From assembly GCA_964187785.1 (NCBI GenBank), contig OZ076411.1:76198001-76262000 (forward strand): a stretch of DNA of 64,000 nt. Reading direction: 5' to 3'. Positions within the stretch are counted from its first letter, which is position 1, and every line of letters begins with the position of its first letter. This DNA is from Amphiscolops sp. MND2022 (Eukaryota). Below are positions 61,621 through 64,000 of this stretch, piece by piece. Under the pieces are notes generated by a model. The model was not told where the DNA came from and ran no database searches. It was given only the letters and a program-made list of their open reading frames with translations. The position numbers and the translations under genes were made by a program.

Positions 61621-64000
61621 TCAAATCATGCCAGGCAATTTCGTTTGCGATGAATCTTGCTAGTCAAAACCGCTCCATAGACAATCCTCCGAGAAATTGT
61701 AGCATCAAATTCTTTTGATCAAAAATTGAATATTGCTTTCATTCTGGTTGAAGTTCGCGATAGATTGAGAAGCTTTTCGCATTTCAGCATCATCAGTCTC
61801 TGAAAGACAAACATCAGTTGTAAACATTAGACATGAAAAATTCATAGCAACGTCATTATTTTTTTTGGAACAACATGCTAGAAATGAGTCATCAGTTCGT
61901 TCTGATGATTTTGCTTGCGTGTGTTCATGCTGGATCTCGCAGATGGGTCTTCGCTTCCCGGCTAAGATGTGGACCACTTTGGTGTTGTTGGTCTCGAGGG
62001 TAGTATTGCATTGTTCAAAGTGTTGCTGAACCGGAATGCTTTTCCTAGCATGATCTCGGAATCGAGCGGATAAATTTGCCAGACATATAGCCTGTGTTAC
62101 AACTAGGACCTTTGATTTTATAAAGTACTCGGCTGCTCGTGATCATTGCAATAGGTGTTTTTAGCACAGACATGTACGTCATCAGTCTCCGCAAGGTAAA
62201 TGTAGGTTGAACTTCGTGTGACTTCAACGCCTTGGTAAACTTATCCGTGAGTTTGCCCCGATATTGGATGGGTTCTTTTTTCGGTGTTTGCTAGTTAGTT
62301 CTACTGGTTTTTTGTGAGTTCGTGGGGTTTATTGGTTTCTTTCCAGGTTGCTGCAGACCTGTTCTAATCAGTTGTCGAATGCTGCCCATGTTGAGGTTGT
62401 TTGGTGGATCCGAAAGACGCAGCTGCCTATCGCCTCAGACTTCTTGTATTGCGTCGGAGCAAGAGCTCGGGAGCTGTATCGATAAATATAGTCCTGTATC
62501 AGTTGGCTGCTTTTCATTGATGCAAGATTTTCATTCATGGCAGATTGCTGTTTTGCAAATTTTTTCAAGTATAAAGTGGTTTTCGTGTTGGGAGGGATAA
62601 AAACCAAATGGAGGGGTCATCCAACTGCGTCAACAAAAAATTGCTCAAGTTTGAAAATTTGATGTGAGCTCCTAATTTTTGCATGCCATTGTAATTCTGG
62701 TCACAAAACTTCAGACCGTTTGACTTTTGGAGGATGTTTATCAAAAAGGATCTGCTTTTATCAAATCATGCCAGGCAATTTCGTTTGCGATGAATCTTGC
62801 TAGTCAAAACCGCTCCATAGACAATCCTCCGAGAAATTGTAGCATCAAATTCTTTTGATCAAAAATTGAATATTGCTTTCATTCTGGTTGAAATTCGCGA
62901 TAGATTGAGAAGCTTTTCGCATTTCAGCATCATCAGTCTCTGAAAGACAAACATCAGTTGTAAACATTAGACATGAAAAATTCATAGCAACGTCATTATT
63001 TTTTTTGGAACAACATGCTAGAAATGAGTCATCAGTTCGTTCTGATGATTTTGCTTGCGTGTGTTCATGCTGGATCTCGCAGATGGGTCTTCGCTTCCCG
63101 GCTAAGATGTGGACCACTTTGGTGTTGTTGGTCTCGAGGGTAGTATTGCATTGTTCAAAGTGTTGCTGAACCGGAATGCTTTTCCTAGCATGATCTCGGA
63201 ATCGAGCGGATAAATTTGCCAGACATATAGCCTGTGTTACAACTAGGACCTTTGATTTTATAAAGTACTCGGCTGCTTGTGATCATTGCAATAGGTGTTT
63301 TTAGCACAGACATGTACGTCATCAGTCTCCGCAAGGTAAATGTAGGTTGAACTTCGTGTGACTTCAACGCCTTGGTAAACTTATCCGTGAGTTTGCCCCG
63401 ATATTGGATGGGTTCTTTTTTCGGTGTTTGCTAGTTAGTTCTACTGGTTTTTTGTGAGTTCGTGGGGTTTATTGGTTTCTTTCCAGGTTGCTGCAGACCT
63501 GCTCTAATCAGTTGTCGAATGCTGCCCATGTTGAGGTTGTTTGGTGGATCCGAAAGACGCAGCTGCCTATCGCCTCAGACTTCTTGTATTGCGTCGGAGC
63601 AAGAGCTCGGGAGCTGTATCGATAAATATAGTCCTGTATCAGTTGGCTGCTTTTCATTGGTGCAAGATTTTCATTCATGGCAGATTGCTGTTTTGCAAAT
63701 TTTTTCAAGTATAAAGTGGTTTTCGTGTTGGGAGGGATAAAAACCAAATGGAGGGGTCATCCAACTGCGTCAACAAAAAATTGCTCAAGTTTGAAAATTT
63801 GATGTGAGCTCCTAATTTTTGCATGCCATTGTAATTCTGGTCACAAAACTTCAGACCGTTTGACTTTTGGAGGATGTTTATCAAAAAGGATCTGCTTTTA
63901 TCAAATCATGCCAGGCAATTTCGTTTGCGATGAATCTTGCTAGTCAAAACCGCTCCATAGACAATCCTCCGAGAAATTGTAGCATCAAATTCTTTTGATC
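61621..64000 (-). repeat. Tandem array, 1140-bp period, derived from the 3' part of a Penelope-like retroelement
   Basis: Units start at 61621, 62761 and 63901 with about 4 differences between the first two. Minus strand KQPTDTGLYL, LAPTQYKK..TSTWAAF (RT C-terminus), TLRRLMTYMSVLKTPI, VLYKIKGPSCNTGYM (GIY-YIG-like), YRELQPE; lesions are shared by the units. Confidence 0.88.

Noticed and set aside
61770-61800. CTGATGA...GAAA on the minus strand of the Penelope-derived unit
   Set aside because: Stem II has only 2 possible pairs, no stems I/III are evident, and it lies in the decayed coding region.
1-64000. Prokaryotic defence system, prophage or endogenous giant-virus core genes
   Set aside because: No operon-like gene packing, cas, capsid, DNA polymerase B or packaging ATPase motifs were seen in the ORF track or by eye.

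Overview
Eukaryotic (metazoan-like), AT-rich and mostly transposon-derived DNA; no prokaryotic operons, rRNA genes or CRISPR arrays. The only clearly intact host gene is an intronless atlastin GTPase (51295-52881). The rest is nested or decayed elements: four BEL/Pao, three Ty1/copia and two Ty3/Gypsy-like LTR elements; CRE, CR1 and L2-like LINE fragments; two hAT remnants; several MITEs with intact TSDs; a 1.3-kb foldback element; and a young 1140-bp tandem array made from a dead Penelope-like element. Best lead: a near-complete 9.1-kb BEL/Pao element (22552-31690, minus, 5-bp TSD). Both of its 321-bp LTRs carry a 71-nt tRNA-like Pol III cassette (A box, B box, T4 run), and its leader holds a decayed SGNH-hydrolase-like ORF upstream of gag. 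Second lead: two divergent, intronless JmjC-type dioxygenase (pseudo)genes among the TEs. Third: a 170-bp hairpin-rich GC cassette shared by two otherwise different MITEs. The repeat families remind me of acoel (Symsagittifera-like) genomes, but that is unverified recollection. All alignments and mismatch counts were done by eye.
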